This document shows, in pieces, positions 1-11,081 of a stretch of DNA of 64,000 nt (within the stretch, counting starts at the first letter, position 1; each line of letters opens with the position of its first letter). The DNA is taken from positions 1,184,001 to 1,248,000 of the forward strand of contig CAXXLL010000002.1 in assembly GCA_963662545.2 (NCBI GenBank), written 5' to 3'. The stretch comes from Gammaproteobacteria bacterium. Lineage in GTDB: Bacteria; Pseudomonadota; Gammaproteobacteria; Ga0077536. Made by a program: the position numbers and the translations under genes. Below the pieces are notes generated by a model. That model had not been told where the DNA came from. It saw only the letters and a list, made by a program, of their open reading frames with translations, and searched no databases.

Positions 1-209
1 AACGCGATGAATTGGTCGTGCGATCGCCAATACATCTCGGGCAGCGGCGGTGCGTCCTTCATGCCGCCCCAGGGTGTTTCGCGGCTGGTCGGTATATGGC
101 TGTGCTCCGGAAACCAGACGGATTCGAAGCCGCGTGCTTCAAGTTCTTTCGCCAACTCGATCGGCTGGATCGATTGGTCCGTGGGGAAAATGACGACACC
201 TATGTCCAC
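1..209 (-). CDS. LLM-class (probably F420-dependent, Rv2161c-like) oxidoreductase, N-terminal part; runs off window start
   Basis: Manual translation from GTG at 209: MDIGVVIFPTDQSIQPIELAKELEARGFESVWFPEHSHIP...; GGAGAA RBS upstream; not in the ORF track because it is open-ended. Confidence 0.8.
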   Translation of the reverse strand, partial: MDIGVVIFPTDQSIQPIELAKELEARGFESVWFPEHSHIPTSRETPWGGMKDAPPLPEMYWRSHDQFIA

Positions 210-423
210 AGGCGTTCTCCTTTTTTTGATGAAACCAGTAATGATGGTCGGTGCGTCCCGTGATGCGGAGCGCGCCGTTCGCAGAAGGCAGGGTCCGAGT
301 ATCGCCGAGGTTCCCGCGGCGGCGTCGATAACTCGCCGGAAATTCGTTACGGTCGACCCGGGCAGCCTGCCGCTCGGCATGCTATCAAACATTCGAATGG
401 ATTATTCGAATTGAGCGCCGCCG

Positions 424-1392
424 TCACCTGCCCCATACGTCCTGGAGCACCCGCACCCAGTTCTCGCCCATCACCTTGCGGATCTTCTGCTCCGCCCATC
501 CCGTACGCTCCATCGCGGCGGTGAGATTCGGAAATTCCCCGATGGTGCGCATCCCTTCGGGATTGATGATGTCGCCGAACTCAATCAGCTTGCGGCCGTA
601 GCCCTTGTCGCGCGTGATCCATTCGAAAAAGTCCGCTCCATGCCCCTGGGTGAAATCGGTGCCAATGCCGACCGCGTCTTCTCCGACCTGGTCGATGACG
701 TAGTCGATCGCCTCCACGTAATCGTCGACGGTGGACGCCGGCCCTCTTTTCAGAAATGGGGGAAACATGGTCACGCCGACGAAACCGCCGTGATCGACGA
801 TGAAACGGAGTTGCTCGTCGGTCTTGTTGCGCGGGTGTTGTTTCAGCCCCGCCGGCAGGCAGTGGGAATAGGCGACCGGCTTGTCCGAGGCCTCGATGGC
901 GTCCCTGGACGTGTTGGGCCCAACGTGGCTCAGATCGATCAAGATACCGGCCCGATTCATTTCGGCCACCACCTCGTGTCCATAGCCGCTCAGGCCGCCG
1001 TCCTCTTCGTAGCATCCCGTGCCAATCAAGTTCTGGGTGTTGTAGGTCAATTGCACGATACCGACCCCCAGTTGCTTGAACAACTCGATATAACCGAGGT
1101 TCTCGCCGAAGGCGGTTGCGTTCTGAAATCCCAGGATGATGCCAGTCTTGTGCTCGTCTTTCGCGCGTTCAATGTCCGCGATCGTACGGACTTCCAGCAG
1201 CAGATCGGCATTGTCGCGGAAGTGCTTCTTCCAGGTCGCGAGATTGTTCATCGTCGCGCGGAAGTCTTCCCACACCGAGCAGGTGCAGTTGGCCGCCGTG
1301 ACGCCGCCGCGGCGCATGTCTTCGAAAATCTCACGAGAGAAGTTGGCGACGATGAGGCCGTCGAGAACGGTGATGTCGTCGTGCAGCGTCAT
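424..1392 (-). CDS. Membrane dipeptidase (M19) family protein
   Basis: 322 aa; QLTYN, IDLSH, YSH and GIGTDF motifs. Confidence 0.85.
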   Translation of the reverse strand: MTLHDDITVLDGLIVANFSREIFEDMRRGGVTAANCTCSVWEDFRATMNNLATWKKHFRDNADLLLEVRTIADIERAKDEHKTGIILGFQNATAFGENLGYIELFKQLGVGIVQLTYNTQNLIGTGCYEEDGGLSGYGHEVVAEMNRAGILIDLSHVGPNTSRDAIEASDKPVAYSHCLPAGLKQHPRNKTDEQLRFIVDHGGFVGVTMFPPFLKRGPASTVDDYVEAIDYVIDQVGEDAVGIGTDFTQGHGADFFEWITRDKGYGRKLIEFGDIINPEGMRTIGEFPNLTAAMERTGWAEQKIRKVMGENWVRVLQDVWGR

Positions 1393-1408
1393 GATCGTTG
1401 ATGTGCGG

Positions 1409-2689
1409 CTAGTTCGCCGATTCCCATTCGAATGCCTCGAGCGACACGTCTTCGAGATTCTCTTGGGGCGTTATAATAGACACGGCCTTGACGTTCTGCG
1501 CCGAGGGTTCGAGCCCTGGAGGCGTAATCCCCTCCAGATTTGCGGCGACGGCCTCGAGCAGGGCCTTGCGTGTTCGAACGATTCCGTAGTCGCTCGACAC
1601 GAGCTGCTCGCGGCTGCGATCAGAGATAGGGCCCTGGCTTTCCTGCACGGCGGTGTCCTGCATCGCGAAGCTCGGGATCCCAGTGAAGCTCTCGCCGCGC
1701 TGCTGCCGGCCGATGTCTCTCAAGTAGTCGTTGTCGCGGTTAGCCGCGCCATGATGGGTCCCTGCAACGAATTTGACGTGCAGACCGCCACCTTGTCGCA
1801 TGTAGTCGCGCTCCTGTTCCGAAAGCGGCTTGTCGCGATAATAGTTAACCGCCCACGACCAGCAGTTGTAGTCGTCCATCGGGACCCAGGCCTGGGCATT
1901 CAGGCTCAGGTCCCCGAACGGAGCAATGAGATTGAAACACGGCAGCACGAACTGCGTGATACGCCAGTAGTAGCGTCCTTCGCCGGCATGGCGGCGCGCG
2001 CCCAGCAATAGGCCGCCATCGGTCGCGATGGTTTGGAACCGCGGGCTGCGATCGGCCGCCATGATCTCGATGATGCGGGAATCCTTCCCCAAGCCACTCA
2101 TTCCCATGATCGGATCGTCAATCAACGAACCCTGGTGCAGCCAGGAAAGGTGGCTCGAATCGAGGCCGCCCTCCATGACCTGAAAATAATTGCACTCCTG
2201 CAGCCGCCGCGATACGAAGAGGTTTTCTTCCGACAGCAACGCCCATTCCAGTGCCGGCGGCGGCGGACTTTCGCCGTCGCCGAGATACGTCCAGATGACG
2301 CCGCCGCGCTCGATGGCGGGGTAGGACTTCAGTTTGATGCGGGCCTTGATCTTGCTGTCCGTCCCTTCCGAGGGGATGTCGAGACATCGCCCTTCGATAT
2401 CGAAATGCCAGCCGTGGTAGGCACACCGGATTCCGCACTGTTCACTGCGGCCGAAATAGAGCGAAGCCTGGCGGTGCGGACAGGCTTCGTCGACGATGCC
2501 GACCCGGCCCTCGCTGTTGCGAAACGCGAGCAGCTTTTGACCCAGGATGGGCAGCCGCACGGGTGGGCAGTCCGGATAGGGCAGCTCGTTGGTCGTCAGC
2601 GCCGGCAGCCAGTAGCGGCGGAACAATGCCCCCATGGGTGTACCGTCGCCGGTGCAGGTCAGGGTTTCGTTGTCGCTCGGTTTCATCAT
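1409..2689 (-). CDS. Rieske non-heme iron oxygenase alpha subunit (phthalate dioxygenase/O-demethylase-like)
   Basis: CPH...CAYH Rieske motif and DSSHLSWLH mononuclear iron motif; start trimmed to MMKPSDNE. Confidence 0.85.
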   Translation of the reverse strand: MMKPSDNETLTCTGDGTPMGALFRRYWLPALTTNELPYPDCPPVRLPILGQKLLAFRNSEGRVGIVDEACPHRQASLYFGRSEQCGIRCAYHGWHFDIEGRCLDIPSEGTDSKIKARIKLKSYPAIERGGVIWTYLGDGESPPPPALEWALLSEENLFVSRRLQECNYFQVMEGGLDSSHLSWLHQGSLIDDPIMGMSGLGKDSRIIEIMAADRSPRFQTIATDGGLLLGARRHAGEGRYYWRITQFVLPCFNLIAPFGDLSLNAQAWVPMDDYNCWSWAVNYYRDKPLSEQERDYMRQGGGLHVKFVAGTHHGAANRDNDYLRDIGRQQRGESFTGIPSFAMQDTAVQESQGPISDRSREQLVSSDYGIVRTRKALLEAVAANLEGITPPGLEPSAQNVKAVSIITPQENLEDVSLEAFEWESAN

Positions 2690-2819
2690 GAGACGGAATC
2701 TCCCCGATCCGTGTGCAAGCACGTCAGCGGTGCGAATCGAAAAGAGTAAAAACCCATTATCATGAATCGAGGGACCCATTCGCAATCCGGGATTGTCGCC
2801 GCCGCACCGACCGTATGAA

Positions 2820-3221
2820 ATGAGCAACATAACACGCAAGCTGATCGCGGTGGCCGCCCTCGTGCCCATTGCCGCCGGCGCGTGGTGGGCCACGCGCGTC
2901 ACCGATGGGCCGCCGTCCCCGCATGCCCTGTGGCGCAATGGCGTTGTCATCCATGTGCGGGGCTGCGACCATCCGGGCGACGAAACGACACTGCTTACTT
3001 GTGCTGGTCTTTATTGCGCGAAGTCGGTGACCGAGATGCTGACCAATGCGCAGCAGGCAGGATTGAGCGTGATCGTGCGCGAACGCGACGGCGGCGCGAT
3101 TCGCATTGTCGGCTCCATCGATCAATACCTAAACGCGCGGACTCTGCCGACTGGATTCGAGTGCAACATGCGGGACTATCGACGCGCCGTGCCGAAGTTG
3201 TTCGTCGCCGGACAGCGGTGA
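2820..3221 (+). CDS. Hypothetical exported/membrane-anchored protein
   Basis: N-terminal hydrophobic segment, four Cys; fills the gap between flanking genes. Confidence 0.5.
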   Translation: MSNITRKLIAVAALVPIAAGAWWATRVTDGPPSPHALWRNGVVIHVRGCDHPGDETTLLTCAGLYCAKSVTEMLTNAQQAGLSVIVRERDGGAIRIVGSIDQYLNARTLPTGFECNMRDYRRAVPKLFVAGQR

Positions 3222-3294
3222 AGCGTTGATCATTTCGAGGGTTCCGCATCTATCCTCGGATTCGGTCCCGTTCACATAAATCGAGGAGGACTGC

Positions 3295-4335
3295 ATGAAA
3301 GGCGTCCTAGTCAAGGAATGGACGACCTTCGATCGACTCGAACTCGTCGAGGTGCCGGTGTCTGAAACCGGCGTCGACGAGGTCGGGATCCAGATCGAAG
3401 CCGCGGGCGTGAGTTTCGCAACCAGCCTGGTGGTGCAGGGCAAATACCAGCGCCGACCGCCACTGCCGTTCGTGCCCGGTACCGAAGTCGCCGGTATCGT
3501 CACCGAGGTCGGGCGCGATGCGAAGCGTTTTTCGGCGGGTGACAGGGTCTGCGCTGTCCTCGACTGGGGCGGTTTGGCAGAAGCGACGAGCGCAAGTGAG
3601 GTCAACGTATTCGCCCTGCCAGACGAACTCGAGTTCGCGCGGGCGATTGCCTTCACCAATTCTTACGCAACGTCGGCCGCGGCCTTGACCTGGCCGCATC
3701 TGCTCAACGTTAAATCCGGCGACTGGCTGCTCGTGCACGGCGCGAGCGGGGGCGTCGGCATGGCCGCCGTCGAAATCGGTAAGTTACAAAAAGCGACGGT
3801 CATTGCAACGGCGGGTTCGACCGAGAAACTCGAGCTGGCACGCGCACACGGGGCGGATCACCTGATCAATTACCGTGCATCGGATTTTCGCGAGGCGGTA
3901 CTCGAGCTCACGGCGGGGCGGGGCGTGGACGCGGTGTTCGACCCAGTCGGCGGCGAAGTCTTCACCCAGTCGCTGCGATGTATCGCGCCGGAAGGACGCA
4001 TCATGCCGGTCGGTTTCGCCAGTGGCGAGATCCCGCAGATCCCGGCCAACCTGCTGCTCATCAAGAACATCACGGTGTGCGGCTTGAACATGGGGCTTTA
4101 TTACGGATGGACGCCGAAGGATATGCGTTACGAATACGAAGACCGTATGCGCACCCATATGGACCGACTGTTCGAATGGTTTCTGCAGGGGTACCTCGAC
4201 CCGGTCGTTGCCAAGACCTATCCCCTGCCGCAGTTTCGCGAGGCGATGGACGACATCCTGGAAAGACGTGCTGTCGGACGCATTGCGGTCGTGATGGGCG
4301 AGGAGGCCCGTCGGCTGGGGCATGAGTCCGGCTAG
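3295..4335 (+). CDS. NADPH:quinone oxidoreductase (MDR/zeta-crystallin family)
   Basis: PFVPGTE, HGASGGVG and DPVGG motifs; GAGGAGG RBS. Confidence 0.9.
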   Translation: MKGVLVKEWTTFDRLELVEVPVSETGVDEVGIQIEAAGVSFATSLVVQGKYQRRPPLPFVPGTEVAGIVTEVGRDAKRFSAGDRVCAVLDWGGLAEATSASEVNVFALPDELEFARAIAFTNSYATSAAALTWPHLLNVKSGDWLLVHGASGGVGMAAVEIGKLQKATVIATAGSTEKLELARAHGADHLINYRASDFREAVLELTAGRGVDAVFDPVGGEVFTQSLRCIAPEGRIMPVGFASGEIPQIPANLLLIKNITVCGLNMGLYYGWTPKDMRYEYEDRMRTHMDRLFEWFLQGYLDPVVAKTYPLPQFREAMDDILERRAVGRIAVVMGEEARRLGHESG

Positions 4336-4366
4336 GAATTGCTGTCCGGATGTCAGAGGTATTTTG

Positions 4367-4449
4367 ATTCGCCCGCAAGTGGGCTCCTACGGGTGCCGGT
4401 CGCGTAACATGGGTACCGTCATCAGGTAGGGACCCGCTTGCGGGCGAAT
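4367..4449. repeat. GTAG-type REP doublet (REPIN-like)
   Basis: TTCGCCCGCAAGTGGGCTCCTAC ... GTAGGGACCCGCTTGCGGGCGAA inverted pair, intergenic. Confidence 0.8.
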
Positions 4450-4511
4450 AACATAACTTAATATCCGACATTGCTATCGGCATAAGGTAGAAAGCAGAAA
4501 GCAGGAACAAC

Positions 4512-5429
4512 ATGAACGATAAAAAGATTCGTTTCGGAACGACGCTCCGCTCACCCTACGACGTCGCCCAGTCGTCACGCGAGATCGAGGCGCTCGGTTT
4601 CGACGTGCTCGGTTGCGGCGAACACGTCAGTTTTCACGGCGACACGGCGAACGGGTTTATTTCGCTATCGGTGGCCGCGGGCGCGACGAAGGATATTCAG
4701 TTGATGAGCGCGATCACATTGATCCCGCTCTACCCGGCGGCGCTCCTGGCCAAGATGGGTGCGGCACTGGATGTTGCCTCGAATGGGCGATTTATACTCG
4801 GCGTTGGTGTCGGGGGTGAGTTTCCCAAGGAGTTTGAAGCTTGCGGCGTGCCGTTGAACCAGCGAGGGTCACGCACCGACGATGCGCTCGAAGTCATTCA
4901 ACGGACCTGGACGGAAACCAACGTCACCTATCACGGGCGTTACACGACTTTGAACGAATTCAGTCTGAAGCCGCTTCCAATTCAGAAGCCGCGCCCGCCG
5001 ATCTGGGTGTCGGGAAGAAAGGACGTAGCGATGAAACGCGCCGCCCGCTACGGCGACGGTTGGATCCCCTACATGTATACCCCGGAGCAACTCGCCGACA
5101 GTGTTCAGAAAATCGAACGATACGGCGACGATTTCGAGCGCGACCTGTCCGGTTTTACTCACGGTATGTATATCTTCACCGCCGTCCATGAACACGGTGA
5201 CACGGCGGTCGAAATGGCGGCGGAGAAACTCGGACGGCAGTATGACCAGGATTTCAGCAAACTGGTTCACAAATACGTCCTCGCGGGGGATCCGGACTAT
5301 TGTAAGGCGCGGCTGAACGAATACATCGATGCCGGCGCGCGTTTCTTGTTCCTGTCGGCGGCGTGCCCGGATGACTACATCGATCAAAACCTGGCGATGA
5401 TCGCCTCGGAGGTCATGTCGGCTTATTGA
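4512..5429 (+). CDS. LLM-class flavin-dependent oxidoreductase
   Basis: GEH, LDVASNGRFILGVGVG, PLPIQKPRPPIW and AARYGDGW motifs. Confidence 0.9.
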   Translation: MNDKKIRFGTTLRSPYDVAQSSREIEALGFDVLGCGEHVSFHGDTANGFISLSVAAGATKDIQLMSAITLIPLYPAALLAKMGAALDVASNGRFILGVGVGGEFPKEFEACGVPLNQRGSRTDDALEVIQRTWTETNVTYHGRYTTLNEFSLKPLPIQKPRPPIWVSGRKDVAMKRAARYGDGWIPYMYTPEQLADSVQKIERYGDDFERDLSGFTHGMYIFTAVHEHGDTAVEMAAEKLGRQYDQDFSKLVHKYVLAGDPDYCKARLNEYIDAGARFLFLSAACPDDYIDQNLAMIASEVMSAY

Positions 5430-5520
5430 ACAGCGGAATTCCGGAATCGGTTCGCGGGCGAGTTACCGGAACCGAAGTTCTGCTTCGTTTAGACTCAAGC
5501 CTCTTTCAACCACCACAGAC

Positions 5521-6303
5521 GTGATGGCATTGCGTAGTTTCATTCGCCTTTTGCTCGTCTGCCTTGTGTGCAAGGTATCGATGGGTACGGCCACGGCGGC
5601 GACGTTTACACTGTTCGACGATACCGCAGGTACCTTGCCCGGCCTGCAGCCGTGGTTGTTTTATGCAGCCCTCGGCGGCGTCGCCTCACAAGCCGTGCTC
5701 CCGGGCGTCGGCGCAGGACTGACGACGGATGACGCCGTAGCGGCCGGATACAGCAATACGATCCCCCTGATCAACGTGATCAAGAATGGCGCATTCCCGG
5801 CGCTGGACCGTGCGACAGGATTCAGCCTGGATTTCGAACTCCAGATCCTGGTCGAGTCACACAACAACGCTAACCGCGCAGGATTCAGTGTGGTCCTCCT
5901 GGCAGATGACAATCTCGGCATCGAGATTGCATTCTGGGAAGACGAGATCTGGGCCCAGAACGACGTCTTTGTCCACGACGAAGGCGTGAGCTTCGATACG
6001 ACGGCGATCGAAATCCAATACTCACTGGCGATTCACGATGCGGGGTATACGCTCTCGGCAAACGATACCGAAATTCTCAACGGCGATCTGCGGGAGGACT
6101 ATTCGGTGTCCAAGCCGATTGCACCCTATACGTTGTCCAATTTCCTGTTCCTCGGGGACGATACGAGCAATGCCCAGGCGGATATCGCGCTGGGCCTCGT
6201 AGAGCTACGAACCTTGACCGCCGTTCCGATCCCGCCTGCCTTTGTGTTGTTCTTTACGCCGTTTGCCGCGACGATGATCGCTGTCCGAAGAAGGCGCTCG
6301 TGA
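5521..6303 (+). CDS. Secreted protein with VPLPA-type exosortase sorting signal
   Basis: Signal peptide; C-terminal AVPIPPA + hydrophobic helix + RRRR. Confidence 0.75.
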   Translation: MMALRSFIRLLLVCLVCKVSMGTATAATFTLFDDTAGTLPGLQPWLFYAALGGVASQAVLPGVGAGLTTDDAVAAGYSNTIPLINVIKNGAFPALDRATGFSLDFELQILVESHNNANRAGFSVVLLADDNLGIEIAFWEDEIWAQNDVFVHDEGVSFDTTAIEIQYSLAIHDAGYTLSANDTEILNGDLREDYSVSKPIAPYTLSNFLFLGDDTSNAQADIALGLVELRTLTAVPIPPAFVLFFTPFAATMIAVRRRRS

Positions 6304-6359
6304 AGCCAGTGCTTGCTCGCCACTGACAACGCCCGCTAGACGGCGATCGATGGTGAGCT

Positions 6360-7685
6360 TCAGGCGGGTTCCGGCGCTCCCCCGGCCCGTTCGCGCACAT
6401 GTGCGCGCACGTCGGCCGCGATCTTGAGCACGATCAGCAACATCAGCGCGGGCAGGGTCGAATCCAGCGCCATTACCAAGAATCCCCCGAAGATGATGGT
6501 CACATGCATGACCATGATGCGCTTGTAGGGCTCACCCATCTGCCGCGCTATCTGGCGTCCCGCATATTCCCGACGGCCGATGAAATTCAGATAGAAAGAG
6601 AGGGCGTGGCTCATAAATAATGCCGCCAAGGCCGGCCACAGGATCACGAAATCGGCGGCGACTTGCGAAAGCGGGATCGCACTGCCGGCGCCGGCGCCTT
6701 CGATGAAAAAGCCATAGATGAACAGTAGGTGGACGATCATGAACCCGCCGAAATGCCCGAGGAAAAAGGGGCCGATGAACAAGATTGCCCATTTACCGAT
6801 CACGGCCATCTTGAGCAGGTTAAACACGCCGATGATGGCGCTCTCCGCCCAGTAGAGAACCATGATTCGGCCCATGTCCCAGCCGAAAAGAATGACGCCG
6901 ACGAGCGGTACGAGATTGGCCGCGAACAATGCGATGGTCGACGGTGAAAATAAGCTGGGCGGCGATTCATGCCGGATTGTATGGGATGGTTCCGGGTCAA
7001 GCGGCTTCGATGGAATGCGAGCGTCACTTGCCGGTGGATCGCCCGCCCCGACGACGGCTTCCGGCGCCGGACCGTCCGGGATCGGTGTCCCCAACGCCCC
7101 GCGTATACCGAAAAGTAGTTCACCGGCCCGCGCTTCGAGGATATTGGAGCCGAAATCCACGGGCACTCCCAGGTAATCGAAGGCCAGGTGCGCACCGCGC
7201 CAGCCGGTCCCCGCACGTTCATCCGGCTCGGCCGTGCGCAGATTGTGCATGCGTGCGGCGCTGCATTCGCCGCTGACGCCGATGCCGAGGATCTCGATGC
7301 GGATGATCATCATGCCGGATTTCACAATCACCACTTCGCGACCGAACAGCAAGCCGAGAAAGAACACGCCGATGAAGGCCACGCCGACGGACCATCCGAG
7401 AAGCTAAAAGGCGCTGAACAGCTTGGATGTCAGCGAGAACAAATCACCACCGCCCTCGAACTCGGTCGATCCACCGACCGTGAACAAGGGAATGCAGAAC
7501 ACCCCCAACATGACACCGGCGATGATGGTCGCGGCCCAGGACCGCTTGAACGGAAACACCAGGCGAAGCTCACTGGCGCGCTCCCGCGGCCCTTCAATAC
7601 CGAAACGGATCTTCGGAGCAAGCGGGCCCAGTGCGCGCAATCGCGCCGTGGTCAATGCGCCTTGCTCGCTCGAGATCGTTGACAT
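6360..7685 (-). pseudogene. Integral membrane protein (DUF6498-like C-terminal domain) interrupted by an in-frame TAG at 7404-7406
   Basis: ORFs 7404-7685 and 6360-7382 are in the same frame: ...FSAF*LLGWSVGVAF...; YWAES and PYKRIMVMH motifs. Confidence 0.65.
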
Positions 7686-7772
7686 GGCGGCGGGGTCTAT
7701 TGGTTCATTCGGTACGGGCCCACTTGCGCGCGAATCAAAAAACGCGGCGGCACGCCAAGCAGACGTCGAAAA

Positions 7773-9209
7773 TCAGGTACAGACCGCGGGCTTGCGATCC
7801 AGCCACGGGCGCGCTGCTTCGATCTGAGCGCCGATCCGGATCAAAGTTGCCTCATCGCAGTCTCGCCCGACGAACTGCACGCCGATCGGCAGCCCGTCGT
7901 CCGACCAGTTCATCGGCACCGTGATCGCGGGCGAGCCCGAGGCGTTAAAGGGCGCAGTGAAGCAGCAGTCTGGGCCCATGAGCGTGTCGTCGTAGGTTTC
8001 GACGTCGAGCGACATGTCGTAGTAGCCGTGCGTGCGTGGCAGCATCGGCACGGTCGGCATGAGCCAGGCGTCATACGCCGCCATCTCACCGAGGAAAGCG
8101 CGGCACGTCTGTCGCATGGTTTCGATGTCGTTTGAATGATCGACGCCGGCAACTCGGCGGCCTTTTTCGATCATCGACCAATACAGCGGCGCCATATCGG
8201 CCGCCGTCGCGTTTCGGCCCACGGCTTCGGCCATGCCGGCGAAAAACGCGGCAGTCTGCACAGCGATGATCGACGTGTAAGTTTTATAAAGCGGCCAGTA
8301 TTCGTAGGGCACCGGACGCGGCTCGACTGCGTGACCGAGATCTTCCAATAGCGTTCCGGCGTCGAGTACGGCCTGCTTCACCTGCCCGTCGACAGGCGAC
8401 CCGTGATCGGGTGTGTCCGTGACCATTGCAATCCGGAGCTTGCCGGGATCCGTGCCGACTTCTTTGGCATAGGGTCGCGCGGGTGCGGGTGCTTGATATG
8501 GTTCGCCCGCAAGATGTCCGCCCGTGATATCAAGCAACAGGGCCGTGTCGCGAACGGTGCGCGAGACGCAGAAAAAGGTCGCGCCACCGTACCAGAAATC
8601 GACCACCGCGGGCGCGAGGGTGATGCGCCCGCGCGCGGGTTTGAGACCGACCAGTCCGCAGTTCGATGCCGGGACACGGATTGATCCGCCGCCGTCAGAA
8701 CCTTCCGCCATCGGCACGACGCGCGCGATCACCGCCGCCGCCGAGCCGCCACTCGATCCGCCCGGCGTACGCTCGAGATTCCACGGATTGCGCGTGATGC
8801 CGTGCATGGACGATTCGGTCGAAAGGGCCCAGCCCTGCTCGGGCGACGTAGCTTTGGCGAAGGGCAGCATCCCGGCCGCCTTCATGCGCCGGATGAGTTC
8901 CGAATCGCCAGGTGCGACGATGTCCTTCAGGTAGGGGCAGCAGTTCGTGATCGGATGGCCCTCCCAGGCGCTCGCGAGTTCTTTCATCAGCCACGGCACG
9001 CCCTTGAGCGGACCGTCGGGCAGGGCGGGATCGTCGGCCGCCGTGCGTGCTGCTTCGTAGGCCCGGTGCGTCAAGAAATTGAGTTGGGGATCAATGGTCT
9101 CAGCGCGCTCGATTGCTGCGTCGACGACTTCCCGCGCGCTAACCTGGTTCGCGCGCACCAGTTCTGCCAGGCCGACACCGTCATAATCACCGTATTCTTT
9201 GAAAGCCAT
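7773..9209 (-). CDS. Amidase (amidase-signature family)
   Basis: GGSSGGSAAAV and GSDGGGSIRVPAS motifs; start MAFKEY with GGAG RBS; divergent from nitrile hydratase. Confidence 0.9.
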   Translation of the reverse strand: MAFKEYGDYDGVGLAELVRANQVSAREVVDAAIERAETIDPQLNFLTHRAYEAARTAADDPALPDGPLKGVPWLMKELASAWEGHPITNCCPYLKDIVAPGDSELIRRMKAAGMLPFAKATSPEQGWALSTESSMHGITRNPWNLERTPGGSSGGSAAAVIARVVPMAEGSDGGGSIRVPASNCGLVGLKPARGRITLAPAVVDFWYGGATFFCVSRTVRDTALLLDITGGHLAGEPYQAPAPARPYAKEVGTDPGKLRIAMVTDTPDHGSPVDGQVKQAVLDAGTLLEDLGHAVEPRPVPYEYWPLYKTYTSIIAVQTAAFFAGMAEAVGRNATAADMAPLYWSMIEKGRRVAGVDHSNDIETMRQTCRAFLGEMAAYDAWLMPTVPMLPRTHGYYDMSLDVETYDDTLMGPDCCFTAPFNASGSPAITVPMNWSDDGLPIGVQFVGRDCDEATLIRIGAQIEAARPWLDRKPAVCT

Positions 9210-9466
9210 TGCAGATCTCCGGCCGGGTGTCTGATTGAGTATGGAACGTTTTCGCTTGCGAGGGAACGCGGCGGGCTGAATAGCTGGTCCCAATATTTCA
9301 ATGCGATTCGAGTCGCCCGCTTGCGGGCGAATGGTAAGCCTCGTTGCCTGCGACAAAGCGTGCCTTTGTTCGGAAAACCCATTCAGCCGGCAGTCAACGG
9401 GTCGCCTGAGAAAGGAGGCTTGGGTCCTGCTAGGATCACTTGCAATTCAATGCAGGGAGGGATGCG

Positions 9467-10099
9467 ATGAACGGCATCCACGATCTCGGGGGATTGACAT
9501 GCTTCGGCCCGGTCGAGCGTGAAGTTGACGAACCGAAATTCCATGAAGAATGGGAGCGCCGCGTTTTCGCCCTGACGCTGGCAAGTCTGGGCGGCGGTTT
9601 GGGTCCGGTCGATGCGTTTCGCCATGCGGTCGAACGCATGGATCCGGTGCAATATCTCAAGACGAGCTACTACGAACATTGGCTGGAGGCCCTCGAAACC
9701 CGGGTCGCCGATCGCGATCTGGTAGCTGCCGCGGTCGGCGACGAACCGCTTACGCCCGACGTCGTCAATGCCGTCATCGCCCAGGGTGTCGACCCGATTC
9801 GCGATACGGAGTCCTTTGCGCCCCGTTTCGCAGTGGGTGATGCAGTGAGGGCGAAAAACCGCAACCCCAGCGGGCATACGCGCCTGCCGCGTTACGCGCG
9901 CGGACGCCGGGGAAAGATCGCGATGATTCATGGCAATCATGTCTATCCCGACACCTACGCCCACGACCAGGGCGAAAATGCGCAGCCGCTCTACTCGGTC
10001 AAGTTCTCCGCGCGCGAACTGTGGGGCGAGGAGGCACCCGGGCACGACCATCTTTTCATTGATCTTTGGGAGTCCTATCTGGAACCGGTGACAACATGA
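9467..10099 (+). CDS. nthB: Nitrile hydratase beta subunit
   Basis: MNGIHDLGG start, FHEEWE, SYYEHW and GHTRLPRY motifs. Confidence 0.95.
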   Translation: MNGIHDLGGLTCFGPVEREVDEPKFHEEWERRVFALTLASLGGGLGPVDAFRHAVERMDPVQYLKTSYYEHWLEALETRVADRDLVAAAVGDEPLTPDVVNAVIAQGVDPIRDTESFAPRFAVGDAVRAKNRNPSGHTRLPRYARGRRGKIAMIHGNHVYPDTYAHDQGENAQPLYSVKFSARELWGEEAPGHDHLFIDLWESYLEPVTT

Positions 10100-10737
10100 G
10101 CGAGCAACACGACCATCATTCCGCCCCGAGGAACCCGTACCTGGAAAAGCGCCGCACTGGCGAGGAAACGATAAAGCTCGAACAGCGTGCCGCGGCTATC
10201 GAGGAACTGCTCATCTCGAAGGGACTGGTGACGCAAGAAGCGCTCGACCGCCTGGTCGAGATCTACGAACACGATCTGGGACCGATGAACGGCGCCAAGG
10301 CCGTCGCGCGCGCCTGGGTTGACGAAGATTACAAACGGCGCCTGCTCGATAACGCCACCGATGCGATGCGCGAGCTCGGATTCGGAGGCATGCAGGGCGA
10401 GCACATGGTCGCTGTTGAAAATACGCCGAATGTACACAACGTCGTGGTCTGCACGCTGTGCTCCTGCTACCCGTGGCCGGTGCTCGGATTACCCCCTGGG
10501 TGGTACAAGGACCCACCATACCGGTCGCGCATCGTGATCGAGCCCCGCAGCGTGCTCAGGGAATTCGGTCTCGATCTCGATGAGCATGTCGAGATCCGAG
10601 TGTGGGACAGCAGTGCCGAGATGCGTTACGTGGTCTTGCCGGAACGTCCCGCTGGCACTGAGACGTTCCATGAGGCCGAACTCGCCGCGCTGGTCTCACG
10701 CGACGCGATGATCGGCGTGACTCATGTCACCGTCTGA
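10096..10737 (+). CDS. nthA: Nitrile hydratase alpha subunit, cobalt type
   Basis: [10 protein letters not shown] metal-binding motif (Thr/Tyr indicates Co type); ATGA overlap with nthB. Confidence 0.95.
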   Translation: MSEQHDHHSAPRNPYLEKRRTGEETIKLEQRAAAIEELLISKGLVTQEALDRLVEIYEHDLGPMNGAKAVARAWVDEDYKRRLLDNATDAMRELGFGGMQGEHMVAVENTPNVHNVVVCTLCSCYPWPVLGLPPGWYKDPPYRSRIVIEPRSVLREFGLDLDEHVEIRVWDSSAEMRYVVLPERPAGTETFHEAELAALVSRDAMIGVTHVTV

Positions 10738-11062
10738 CCGGTTGAGTACAGTGCCGCTGCAAAGCCGACCCGAGATCGCCCAGATGGAAAGCACGGCCGC
10801 CCTGCCGCGCCGCAGCGGCGAACTCGTGTTTCACGACGCCTGGGAACGCCGAGCGTTCGCCCTGGCGGTCGCGCTGTGCGAGAACGGACACTTTTCGTGG
10901 GACATGTTTCGAAATCATTTGATCCACGAGATCGACGCCATCGGAGAAACGGCAGCGCATCCGCGGCCGGATGCCCCCGGTTATTACGAGCACTGGCTGC
11001 GCTCGCTCGAAAAGGTGTTGGTCGAGCAGGGCGTATGCCCGGCGGAGACGTTCGAGCGTTAA
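10724..11062 (+). CDS. Nitrile hydratase accessory/activator protein (P14K-like)
   Basis: [14 protein letters not shown] and YYEHWL motifs; follows nthA. Confidence 0.85.
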   Translation: MSPSDRLSTVPLQSRPEIAQMESTAALPRRSGELVFHDAWERRAFALAVALCENGHFSWDMFRNHLIHEIDAIGETAAHPRPDAPGYYEHWLRSLEKVLVEQGVCPAETFER

Positions 11063-11081
11063 CCGATCGTTCACCGTTACG

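Noticed and set aside
7404-7406. Pyrrolysine recoding of the in-frame TAG
   Set aside because: No pyl genes in the window; the position is in a TM helix where Trp (TGG) fits, so a point change or sequencing error is simpler
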